Below, in pieces: positions 9,651-18,300 of a DNA stretch of 64,000 nt (positions are counted from its first letter, which is position 1; each line of letters opens with the position of its first letter). A program made the translations under genes and the position numbers. The DNA lies in contig OZ244720.1 in assembly GCA_965219085.1 (NCBI GenBank), forward strand, positions 384,001-448,000. The letters run 5' to 3'. The notes beneath the pieces were generated by a model. The model was not told where the DNA came from. It ran no database searches and worked only from the letters and a program-made list of their open reading frames with translations. The stretch is from Dehalococcoidia bacterium. GTDB taxonomy: Bacteria; Chloroflexota; Dehalococcoidia; UBA2979.

Positions 9651-10382
9651 ATGACCTTTCGCGACGCAGGCATCGAGGCGGTCGTGTTCGACTGGGGCGG
9701 CACGCTTTCCACACACGCCACCTCGGTGCGCGTCGAGGAGCTCTGGAGGCCGGCAGCCGCGGCGATCGAGGCGCACACTTCGCACTCGGGCGAAGAGATC
9801 TGGGCCTGCCTCGCGGCCACCGAGGACGACTTCTGGCAGCGCACCGCCACCCACCAGCGCGCCGGCACGCTCGCGGACATCGTCGCCGAGGCGCACGAAC
9901 GGCTCGGCGCGGACGTGCCACTGGAGGCGCTGGACGCGGCCGCGCGCGCATACCTCGACGCGTGGGCGCCGCACATCGAGCACGACACCGGGGCCGCCGC
10001 CACGCTCGAGGCGTTGCGGGCGGCCGGGCTGCGCACGGCGATGCTCTCCAACACACACTGGCCGCGCGAGTACCACGAGCGCTTCCTCGAACGCGATGGG
10101 CTGGCGCACCTGCTCGACGCGCGCGTCTACACGTGCGAGCTCGACTACATGAAGCCGCACCGCGCGGCGTTCGAGGCGGCCCTCGCCGCCGTCGGCGTGA
10201 GCGACCCGTCGCGCGCGGTGTTCGTCGGCGACCGGCCGTGGGACGACATCTTCGGCGCGCAGCGCGCGGGGCTGCGCACGGCGCTGCGCACCAACCCGCT
10301 CGTGCCTGCGTACGACGTGGTGCCGGACGTCGAGATCGGCGGGCTGCCGGAGCTGCTCGTGCACCTCGGACTCGGCGGGTAG
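9651..10382 (+). CDS. HAD-family hydrolase
   Basis: VFDWGGTL, LSN, KPH, VGDRPWDDI. Confidence 0.9.
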   Translation: MTFRDAGIEAVVFDWGGTLSTHATSVRVEELWRPAAAAIEAHTSHSGEEIWACLAATEDDFWQRTATHQRAGTLADIVAEAHERLGADVPLEALDAAARAYLDAWAPHIEHDTGAAATLEALRAAGLRTAMLSNTHWPREYHERFLERDGLAHLLDARVYTCELDYMKPHRAAFEAALAAVGVSDPSRAVFVGDRPWDDIFGAQRAGLRTALRTNPLVPAYDVVPDVEIGGLPELLVHLGLGG

Positions 10383-10486
10383 GTCGCCGGCGTCCTCCGG
10401 CCCGGGGCACATCGCCGTCCGGCTGCGTGTACAGTCTGACAAACGTGCATCACCCGGGGCTGTCGTCCCGCATCGAGGACTGAGCA

Positions 10487-11341
10487 TTGCACCTCATCGC
10501 CCCGCGGCCCTTCCGCCTGGAACGCAGTTGGCTCGAAGCGCAGGCCTTCCGCTGGACTGAGCATGACGACGGTTGGTGCTACGGGTTCGTGAAGGGCAGC
10601 CTGATCAAGGTCCGGCTGTCCGGCGGCGGGATCGAGTTCCAGAGCGAGACGTCCGAGGAGTCACTCGCGCCCCACGTCCGGGACTACTTCCGGCTCGACC
10701 AGGACATCAAGCCGGTCTACCGCGAGCTGCGAGACCTCGGCGTCCCCATGCCCGCGCTGGTCGAGACGTACCGGGGTCTGCGGGTGCTACGCCAGGATCC
10801 GTGGGAGTGCCTGGTCGCCTACATCTGCTCGTCGAACTCCAGCGTCCCGCACATTACCGCGATGGTGAACGAGCTGGCGGATCGCTTCGGCGAGCCCCAG
10901 ACCCTCGATGACGTCACCCGCAACTCTGTGCCGTCGGCGGAGCAGCTCGTTGAGGCCGGCGAGGACAAACTGGAGGCTCTAGGCCTCGGGCTGGACAGGG
11001 GCAAGCGCCTCTACACTGCCGCCACGGCCGTCGCCGACAGCCGCCTGAAGCTCGACGACTTGTCCAGCGCGTCCTACGCGGCGGCCCGAGCCGAGCTCAG
11101 GGAGTTGCCTGGCGTCGGACCGAAGATCGCCGACTGCGTCTGCCTGTTCTCACTCGACAAGTCCGAGGCGTTTCCCGTTGACAGGCACATCCGAAACGGT
11201 CTGCAGCAGCACTATCACGACCAGGTAGGCACCGGTGCGACCTACGCGAGGCTCTCCAGGTGGGCGCGCGACTACTTCGGCGAGCACGCGGGATACGCCG
11301 GCCAACTCCTGTTCCTCGACCGACTCCAGCAAGCCCGCTGA
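10487..11341 (+). CDS. ogg: 8-oxoguanine DNA glycosylase (OGG1-type, HhH-GPD)
   Basis: GLRVLRQDPWECLVAYICSSN, LPGVGPKIADC, FPVD, AGYAGQLLF. Confidence 0.9.
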   Translation: MHLIAPRPFRLERSWLEAQAFRWTEHDDGWCYGFVKGSLIKVRLSGGGIEFQSETSEESLAPHVRDYFRLDQDIKPVYRELRDLGVPMPALVETYRGLRVLRQDPWECLVAYICSSNSSVPHITAMVNELADRFGEPQTLDDVTRNSVPSAEQLVEAGEDKLEALGLGLDRGKRLYTAATAVADSRLKLDDLSSASYAAARAELRELPGVGPKIADCVCLFSLDKSEAFPVDRHIRNGLQQHYHDQVGTGATYARLSRWARDYFGEHAGYAGQLLFLDRLQQAR

Positions 11342-11381
11342 CGGCCGCGCGTAGCGGCGTGAGCCCGGTCGCACCGATGCG

Positions 11382-11906
11382 CTACTCGCCCGGTACCGGG
11401 ACGCCCTCGTGCGCCAGCATCCAGCGCTTGCGGTCGAGGCCTGAGGCGTAGCCGCCGAGCGAGCCGTCCGCGGCGATCACGCGATGGCACGGCACGACGA
11501 TCGAGAGCGGGTTGCGGCCCACCGCTCCACCGACGGCGCGCGCCGCGCCCGGCCGGTCGATCTCGAACGCGAGCTCGCCGTACGAGGTCGTCGACCCGGT
11601 CGGGATGGTGCGCAGGCGCTCCCAGACGCGCTGCTGGAACGCCGTCCCGCGCGGCGCAAGCCGCAGGTCGGCGAGTGGGTCGGGCTCGCGGTCGGCGTCC
11701 TCGAACCACGCGGCGAGGGCTTCGACGGCCGGGGCGGCGGCGTCCGGGTCGTGCGCGACGGGCTCGCCACTGTCCGCCTCGAGGCTGTGCACCTTGTCGT
11801 CCAGCGTGCGTCGGTCGGTGACGAAGTTGATGCGATGCACGCCCGCGTCGGAGCCGCCGACGAAGAGCGAGCCGAGCTCGGTGTCGAGGATGTCGTACCA
11901 GGCCAT
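11382..11906 (-). CDS. ogt: Methylated-DNA-protein-cysteine methyltransferase
   Basis: [19 protein letters not shown]. Confidence 0.95.
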   Translation of the reverse strand: MAWYDILDTELGSLFVGGSDAGVHRINFVTDRRTLDDKVHSLEADSGEPVAHDPDAAAPAVEALAAWFEDADREPDPLADLRLAPRGTAFQQRVWERLRTIPTGSTTSYGELAFEIDRPGAARAVGGAVGRNPLSIVVPCHRVIAADGSLGGYASGLDRKRWMLAHEGVPVPGE

Positions 11907-12084
11907 GCGGGGACCTCGAAGGTTCCGGGGGGAGCGGCGTCATCGTAGCGCGCGGGGCGCGTTGGTGGCGCGGGAGCGAGGATTCGAGGGTGTCGCTGGC
12001 GCGCGATTCCGGTAGTGGCCCCGGCCACCGTAGAGTGTGTCCCTGCATCGATCCCGTGCGGCCAGCATCCCCGGAGAGCCCCGT

Positions 12085-13863
12085 ATGACGACAGCAACCG
12101 AACAGGCCCGCAGTTGGCTCGGCGACTTTGGCGACGCCCTCGAGCGCGGTGACGCCGACGGCGTTGCAGCGTTGTTCCACGCCGAATCCTACTGGCGCGA
12201 CCTCGTCGCGTTCACGTGGAACATCACCACCACCGAGGGCCCGGACGACATCGCCGCGATGATCGAGGCCAGCGGCGTGGCTGCGGCCCCCAGCGCCGTT
12301 CGGCTCGACGGCGAGCCCTCCGAGGCGGACGGCGTCACCGAGGCCTGGTTCACCTTCGAAACGGCGGTCGGCCGCGGCAAGGGCTGCGTGCGCCTGCGCG
12401 ACGGTCGCTGCTGGACGCTGCTCACCACCTTGCAGGAGTTGAAGGGCTTCGAGGAGGAGCAGGGCCCGTCGCGCCCGCTCGGGCTGGAGCTCGGCGCCGT
12501 GAAGGACCGCGTCACCTGGCAGGAACGCCGCGAGCGCGAGGAGGCGGAGCTCGGCTACGCGATGCAGCCATACGTCGTGATCGTCGGGGGCGGACAGGGC
12601 GGGATCGGCCTCGGCGCCCGGCTCAAGCGGCTGGGCGTGCCGGCGATCATCGTCGAGCGCAGCGCGCGGCCCGGCGACTCGTGGCGCAACCGCTACGAGT
12701 CGCTCACGCTCCACGACACGGTGTGGTTCGACCACATGCCATACATCCCGTTCCCCGATCACTGGCCCGTCTACACCCCCAAGGAGCAGATGGGCGACTG
12801 GCTGGAGATGTACACGAAGATCATGCAGCTCAACTTCTGGGGCGGCGCCGCGTGCACGAGCGCCAGCTACGACGAGGCCGCCGGAGAATGGCGCGTCACC
12901 GTCGTGCGCGACGGCTCGGCGGTCGTGCTCCGGCCGCGGCACCTCGTGCTGGCCACGGGCATGTCCGGGCTGCCGAACATCCCCGACATCCCGGGCGCGG
13001 ACACGTTCGAGGGCGACCTGTACCACTCGAGCCGCTACCGCGCGGGCGAGCCGTACCGTGGCAAGCACTGCGTCGTGCTCGGCTCGAACAACTCCGCGCA
13101 CGACATCGCGCAGGACCTCTGGGAACACGACGCCGACGTGACCATGATCCAGCGCTCGTCCACGACCGTTGTCCGGGGCGGCAGGGGCGGGGCCGGCCTC
13201 TACTCCGAGTCGGCGGTCGAGCGGGGGATCACGACCGAGACCGCGGACCTGCTCGCTGCGTCGACGCCGTACCGGGTGGCGCCGGCGGCCGGCATCGAAG
13301 CGACGAAACGCATGCGCGAGGCCGAGGCGGAATACTACGGCCGGCTCGAGGGCGCGGGCTTCCTGCTCGACTTCGGCGAGGACGAGAGCGGCGTCGGCAT
13401 GAAGTACCAGCGCCGGGGGTCCGGGTACTACATCGATGTCGGTGCGTCGGAGCTCATCGTGAGTGGCGAAATCGAGCTCCGCACCCGTGTCAGCATCGAG
13501 CGCCTCACCCCGCGCTCCGTCGTGCTCACGGACGGGTCCGAGTTGCCCGCCGACCTCGTCGTCTATGCCACGGGCTACGGCTCGATGAACGGCTGGGCCG
13601 CCGCGCTGATCTCGCAGGAGGTCGCCGACCGCGTGGGCAAGGTCTGGGGCCTGGGCTCCGACACGGCTCTGGACCCGGGGCCGTGGGAGGGTGAGCTACG
13701 CAACATGTGGAAGCCGACGCAGCAGCCGGGGCTGTGGTTCCACGGCGGGAATCTCGCCCAGTCACGGCACTACTCGAAGTACCTCGCGCTCCAGCTCAAG
13801 GCCCGCCACGAGGGCATTCCCACCCCGGTCTACCGGCTTCCTCCGGTGCATCACCTGCAATAG
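12085..13863 (+). CDS. Flavin-containing monooxygenase with N-terminal NTF2-like domain
   Basis: GGGQGG, WRNRYESL, LATG, HSSRY, GSNNSAHD. Confidence 0.9.
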   Translation: MTTATEQARSWLGDFGDALERGDADGVAALFHAESYWRDLVAFTWNITTTEGPDDIAAMIEASGVAAAPSAVRLDGEPSEADGVTEAWFTFETAVGRGKGCVRLRDGRCWTLLTTLQELKGFEEEQGPSRPLGLELGAVKDRVTWQERREREEAELGYAMQPYVVIVGGGQGGIGLGARLKRLGVPAIIVERSARPGDSWRNRYESLTLHDTVWFDHMPYIPFPDHWPVYTPKEQMGDWLEMYTKIMQLNFWGGAACTSASYDEAAGEWRVTVVRDGSAVVLRPRHLVLATGMSGLPNIPDIPGADTFEGDLYHSSRYRAGEPYRGKHCVVLGSNNSAHDIAQDLWEHDADVTMIQRSSTTVVRGGRGGAGLYSESAVERGITTETADLLAASTPYRVAPAAGIEATKRMREAEAEYYGRLEGAGFLLDFGEDESGVGMKYQRRGSGYYIDVGASELIVSGEIELRTRVSIERLTPRSVVLTDGSELPADLVVYATGYGSMNGWAAALISQEVADRVGKVWGLGSDTALDPGPWEGELRNMWKPTQQPGLWFHGGNLAQSRHYSKYLALQLKARHEGIPTPVYRLPPVHHLQ

Positions 13864-13940
13864 CGGGGAGTCGCTCGCGTGGCATCACGCCTGGCGTACG
13901 ATCGCGCCGGCGCGGGGCGAGCGATGCACGGGAGGACACC

Positions 13941-15507
13941 ATGCCACGATGGGTGACGGTCATGCGGGTCGAGGAGCTGCCGCCGGACCGGCCGGTGACC
14001 GTGCGCGTGAACGAGCGCGACATCGCCCTGGCGCGCTGCGGGGAAGGTGGCGAACCGCACGCCCTCGACAACCACTGCCCGCACCGCGGCGGCCAGTTCG
14101 GCGACGGCACGATCAGCGGCGAGGACCTCATCTGCCCGCTGCACGGCTATGACTTCGACCTGCACACCGGCATCTCGCGCTTCGCGCCGATGGAGCGCGT
14201 CGACGTCTACCCATCGCGCATCCACCGCGGCGAGGTGCAGATCGACGCTGACGCGATACCAGCGCTGCCCGAGCACCACGACACCGGCTACCTCGACCGC
14301 TGGACGCGCCGCCACGACGAGCAGGAGCCGTACTACGGCTACCTGCAGGGGTTGCAGTACGGCCCGCCGGTGAGCGCGATGCGCACGCGCAAGCAGCTCA
14401 CGCCGCAGTGGGACGACATCCTGTTGCTGCCGGGCCAACTCGCGCACCCGCCGCGCCTCGCGAGCGAGCCGCTCGCTGCGCACTGTGATCGGGCGGCGAG
14501 CGGAGCGGCCGCTGGTGCTCGACGTGCCGTTCTTCGTCTCGCACATGTCGTTCGGCGCGCTGTCGGCGAGCGCGAAGACGGCGCTGGCGGGTGTCTCGGC
14601 GGACCTCGGGACGGCGATCGGTTCGGGCGAGGGCGGGATGCTCGACGAGGAGCGGGCCCACGCCTCGAAGGAGATCCTGGAGATGGCGAGCGGCTACTTC
14701 GGCTGGTCGCCGGAGCAGATCGCGCGCGCCGACGCCGTCGAGATCAAGATCGGCCAGTCGGCGAAGGCGGGCTCGGGCGGCCTGCTGCCCGCCGACAAGG
14801 TCACGGCGCGCATCGCCGAGGTGCGCGGCCTGGAGGAGGGTGAGGCCGCCCACTCACCGGCGCGCTTCACCGACATCCACTCGCTCGCCGATCTGCGAAC
14901 ACGCATCGAGGAGATCCGCGAGCACCTCGACGGCGGCCCGGTGGGGATCAAGTTCGCGGCCGGGCGCGTAGAGGAGGACCTCGACGCGGCGATCGAGGCG
15001 GGCGTGGACTTCGTCACGATCGACGGCCGCGGCGGCGGCACGGGCGCCGCGCCCGAGGTGCTGAAGGACCACCTGACGGTGCCGATCCAGTACGCGCTGC
15101 ACCGCGCAACGACGCACCTCGCGGCGCGGGGTATTGACGACCTCGACACATCGTGGCGACCGGCCACTTCCGGATTCGCGGCCGACGTGACGAAGGCGAT
15201 CGCGATGGGCGCGACGGCGGTGGCGCTGGCGACCGCCTCGATGGTCGCGATCGGGTGCCCGCAGTACCTCGCGTGTCACACCGGCAACTGCCCGGTCGGC
15301 ATCGCGACGCAGCGTGCGGACCTCGAGGCACGCTTCGACATTGAACAGTCGAGCGAGCGCGGACTCCGCACGTTCGAGGCCTTCCGCGAGGAGATCGAGC
15401 TGCTGTGCCGTGCGGTCGGCGTCGCCGACGTCCACGAGCTGACGACGTCACACCTCGCCACCCTCGACTCGGAGATCGCGGCCCACACGTCGATCCGTCA
15501 CGCGTGA
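13941..15507 (+). pseudogene. Rieske [2Fe-2S]-FMN-binding glutamate synthase domain fusion, frameshifted (pseudogene or assembly indels)
   Basis: CPHRGG...CPLH Rieske motif; frame change near 14475 into MSFGALS, EIKIGQSAK, DGRGGGTGAAP, CxxxxxCxxxxCPVGIATQ; compensating indels at about 15148-15178. Confidence 0.8.
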
Positions 15508-16412
15508 GGCTGTGAGGCACCCTCCGGCATCGACGCCGACTCATAGCTCATTACGGCCAACTCGTCGACGGGGCCACGTCCGTCGCCCTGCGAGTTGATC
15601 ATGCGGCGCGCGGGGATGCGCTCGATCACGTAGCGGCTGCCCTCGTACAGGCCGACCACCCACTCGTGCGGTGAGTTCGAGAGCAGCACTGGCACCTCGC
15701 GCTCGCGCAGTGCGTCGATGCGCCACTTCAGCCTGAGCTGGTCGTCGCGGTCGAAGTCCCTGCCGGTGTACGCCGTGAAGCTCGACGTCTCCGAGAGCGG
15801 ATAGAACGGCGGGTCCAGGTAGACGAAGTCGTCCGGGCCCGCGCCCTCGCACGCCTCCTCGAAGTCCACGCTGTGCAGCTCGGCCGTCGTGAGGGCGTCC
15901 GAGGCGGCGCGCAGGCCGGGCTCGTCGAGGATGCGGGGGCGCACGTAGCGCCCGTGGGGCACGTTGAACTGCCCGCTCCGGTTGACGCGATAGAGGCCGT
16001 TGAAGCAGGTCTTGTTCAGGAAGATGAGCAGCGCCGCGAGGTCGAGATCGGCCGCGCCGTCTGCGGCGACGAGCTCCCGATACTCCTCGCGCACCTCGTA
16101 GTAGCGGTCGTTGCGGCCGTCGGGATCAAGGTCGACGTAGGCGCGCTCCAGGTCGGCGAGCTGCTCGATGAGCGATTCGACGTCGTCGCGGACGGCGCGG
16201 AAGGTAGCCATCAGCTCGGCGTTGAGGTCGTTGAGGACGGCGCGGCGGGGCCGACGGTCCGGGTCCGCGGCCAGACGGAAGAAGAGCGCGGCGCCGCCGA
16301 CGAACAGCTCGTAGTAGGTGTCGATGCGAGCGGGTGCGAGCGCGGCGAGCTTATCGACGATCTGCGTCTTGCCGCCGGCCCATTTCACGAACGGGCGCGC
16401 CTCGACACGCAC
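15498..16412 (-). CDS. Dam-type (D12 class) DNA adenine methyltransferase, orphan; start uncertain
   Basis: PFVKWAGGK, LNKTCFNGLYRVN, FNVP, VYLDPPF, LSNS. Confidence 0.88.
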   Translation of the reverse strand: MRVEARPFVKWAGGKTQIVDKLAALAPARIDTYYELFVGGAALFFRLAADPDRRPRRAVLNDLNAELMATFRAVRDDVESLIEQLADLERAYVDLDPDGRNDRYYEVREEYRELVAADGAADLDLAALLIFLNKTCFNGLYRVNRSGQFNVPHGRYVRPRILDEPGLRAASDALTTAELHSVDFEEACEGAGPDDFVYLDPPFYPLSETSSFTAYTGRDFDRDDQLRLKWRIDALREREVPVLLSNSPHEWVVGLYEGSRYVIERIPARRMINSQGDGRGPVDELAVMSYESASMPEGASQPHA

Positions 16413-16556
16413 GCGGGTCTTCGCGTGGTCGGTCGGCGTCTGGCCGTTGGCCGCAGGCGTGGCGATGCGTCTCGCTCCGGGCCGGGGGGAGATGAAGTGA
16501 TGATAGGCGCGCGCCTGCGTGAAGGCATCCACAGGCCTGTCCACTCCCACTGATGC

Positions 16557-16605
16557 GCAATGTGTTGGAAATACAGTGGTAAACCTCACGTAACACACCG
16601 GAAGC
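16557..16605 (+). promoter_or_regulatory. GlnR-box-like array upstream of amtB
   Basis: GCAAT, GAAAT, GTAAA, GTAAC, GAAGC at exact 11-bp spacing (16557, 16568, 16579, 16590, 16601). Confidence 0.55.
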
Positions 16606-16651
16606 ATGCTGCACGGAGCCACTACTCGGGTGGTGCGGAAAGGAGGCGAAG

Positions 16652-17917
16652 GTGGATACGGGCGATAGTGCCTGGCTACTCATGAGCGCGGCACTCGTAC
16701 TGTTCATGACGCCTGGGCTTGCGTTGTTCTACGGAGGCATGGTGCGGGGGCGGAACGTCCTCGCGATGCTGATGAAGAACTACGTGGCCATGGGCGTGGT
16801 GACGATCACATGGGTCGTCATCGGCTACTCGCTGGCCTTCAGCGGGGACGCGGGGGGACTCGGCCTGATCGGGAACCTCGAGCTCTTCGCGCTCGGCGAA
16901 CTCGGCTTCGGCACGGAGCTGGGCATGGGCAACGAGATACAGGGGACGACGTTCCCCGACTCGGTGCACCTGCTGTTCCAGCTCATGTTCGCGATCATCA
17001 CGCCCGCGCTGATCTCGGGCGCGATCGCGGAGCGCATGAAGTTCACGTCGTGGGTCGTGTTCGTCGCGATCTGGTCGATCGTCGTCTACGCGCCGATCGC
17101 CCACTGGGTCTGGGGCGGCGGCTTCATCGGTGGACCACTCGGCGAGACTGAGATCCCCAGCCTGCAGGCGATCGACTTCGCCGGCGGCCTGGTAGTGCAC
17201 ATCAACGCTGGTGTCGCGGCGCTCGCGCTGGTGCTGGTGCTGGGTCCGCGGCTCGGCTGGCGGCGCGAAATCATTCGCCCGCACTCGCTGCCGCTGTCGG
17301 TGCTTGGCGCCGGCATCCTGTGGTTCGGCTGGTTCGGCTTCAACGCGGGTTCGGCCTTCGCGGCCGACGGCGCGGCCGGCAATGCGTTCCTCACGACGCA
17401 GATCGCGGCATCCGCCGCGGCGATCGCGTGGGTGCTGTCCGAGCAAGTGATGCACGGACGGCCGACGACGCTGGGGTTCGCCACGGGCATCGTCGCCGGG
17501 CTGGTGGCAATCACGCCCGCGGCCGGCTTCGTGAGCCCGCTCTGGGCGGGCGTCATCGGCGTCGCGGCCGGCGTGGTCTGCTTCGCTGCACTGCAGATCA
17601 AGTTCCGGTTCAACTTCGACGACTCGCTCGACGTGGTCGCGGTCCACATGGTGGGCGGCATCGTCGGTGCGCTGTTGCTGGGGCTGTTCGCGGAAGCGGC
17701 GATCGGTGGAGTTGACGGGGCGTTCTTCGGGGCGGCCGGGCAGTTCCTGCGCCAGGCGGCCTCGATCGTGATCGCACTCGCCTTCTCGTTCGTGGCAACG
17801 TACGTGATCGCGATTATCATCGACCGCACGATGGGTCTGCGCGTCTCCGAGGACGAGGAGCGGCGCGGCCTCGACATTACCCTGCACGAAGAGCAGGGTT
17901 ACGTGCTGACGGAGTAG
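16652..17917 (+). CDS. amtB: Ammonium transporter
   Basis: MTPGLALFYGG, DFAGGLVVH, WFGWFGFNAGS, DDSLDVVAVH (both His present). Confidence 0.97.
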   Translation: MDTGDSAWLLMSAALVLFMTPGLALFYGGMVRGRNVLAMLMKNYVAMGVVTITWVVIGYSLAFSGDAGGLGLIGNLELFALGELGFGTELGMGNEIQGTTFPDSVHLLFQLMFAIITPALISGAIAERMKFTSWVVFVAIWSIVVYAPIAHWVWGGGFIGGPLGETEIPSLQAIDFAGGLVVHINAGVAALALVLVLGPRLGWRREIIRPHSLPLSVLGAGILWFGWFGFNAGSAFAADGAAGNAFLTTQIAASAAAIAWVLSEQVMHGRPTTLGFATGIVAGLVAITPAAGFVSPLWAGVIGVAAGVVCFAALQIKFRFNFDDSLDVVAVHMVGGIVGALLLGLFAEAAIGGVDGAFFGAAGQFLRQAASIVIALAFSFVATYVIAIIIDRTMGLRVSEDEERRGLDITLHEEQGYVLTE

Positions 17918-17923
17918 CCGAAG

Positions 17924-18262
17924 ATGAAAATGATCATCGCCTACATCAATCCGTTCAGGCTGAACGAGATCCGCGACGCTCTCCGTGAGGCGGGCGTGAC
18001 GGGACTCTCGGCCGGCAACATCCAGGGTTTCGGCCGCCAGGCCGGCCACACGGAGACCTACCGTGGGGCCGAGTACGAGGTCGAGTTCCTGCCCAAGGTC
18101 CGCATCGAGGTGCTTGTCGACGACTCGCTGGCGCCCACGGTCATCTCGACCATCGAGGAGACCGCGCGGACAGGTTCCATCGGCGACGGTAAGATCGCCG
18201 TGTTGCCGCTGGAAGACGTCGTGCGCATCCGCACCGGCGAGCGGGGGGTGGACGCCCTCTAG
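17924..18262 (+). CDS. glnK: PII nitrogen regulatory protein (Tyr51 present)
   Basis: GFGRQ...YRGAEY, TGSIGDGKI, RIRTGE. Confidence 0.95.
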   Translation: MKMIIAYINPFRLNEIRDALREAGVTGLSAGNIQGFGRQAGHTETYRGAEYEVEFLPKVRIEVLVDDSLAPTVISTIEETARTGSIGDGKIAVLPLEDVVRIRTGERGVDAL

Positions 18263-18300
18263 CGTATCCAGCGGTCTGGAATGGGCCGGAGAACCGCGGA

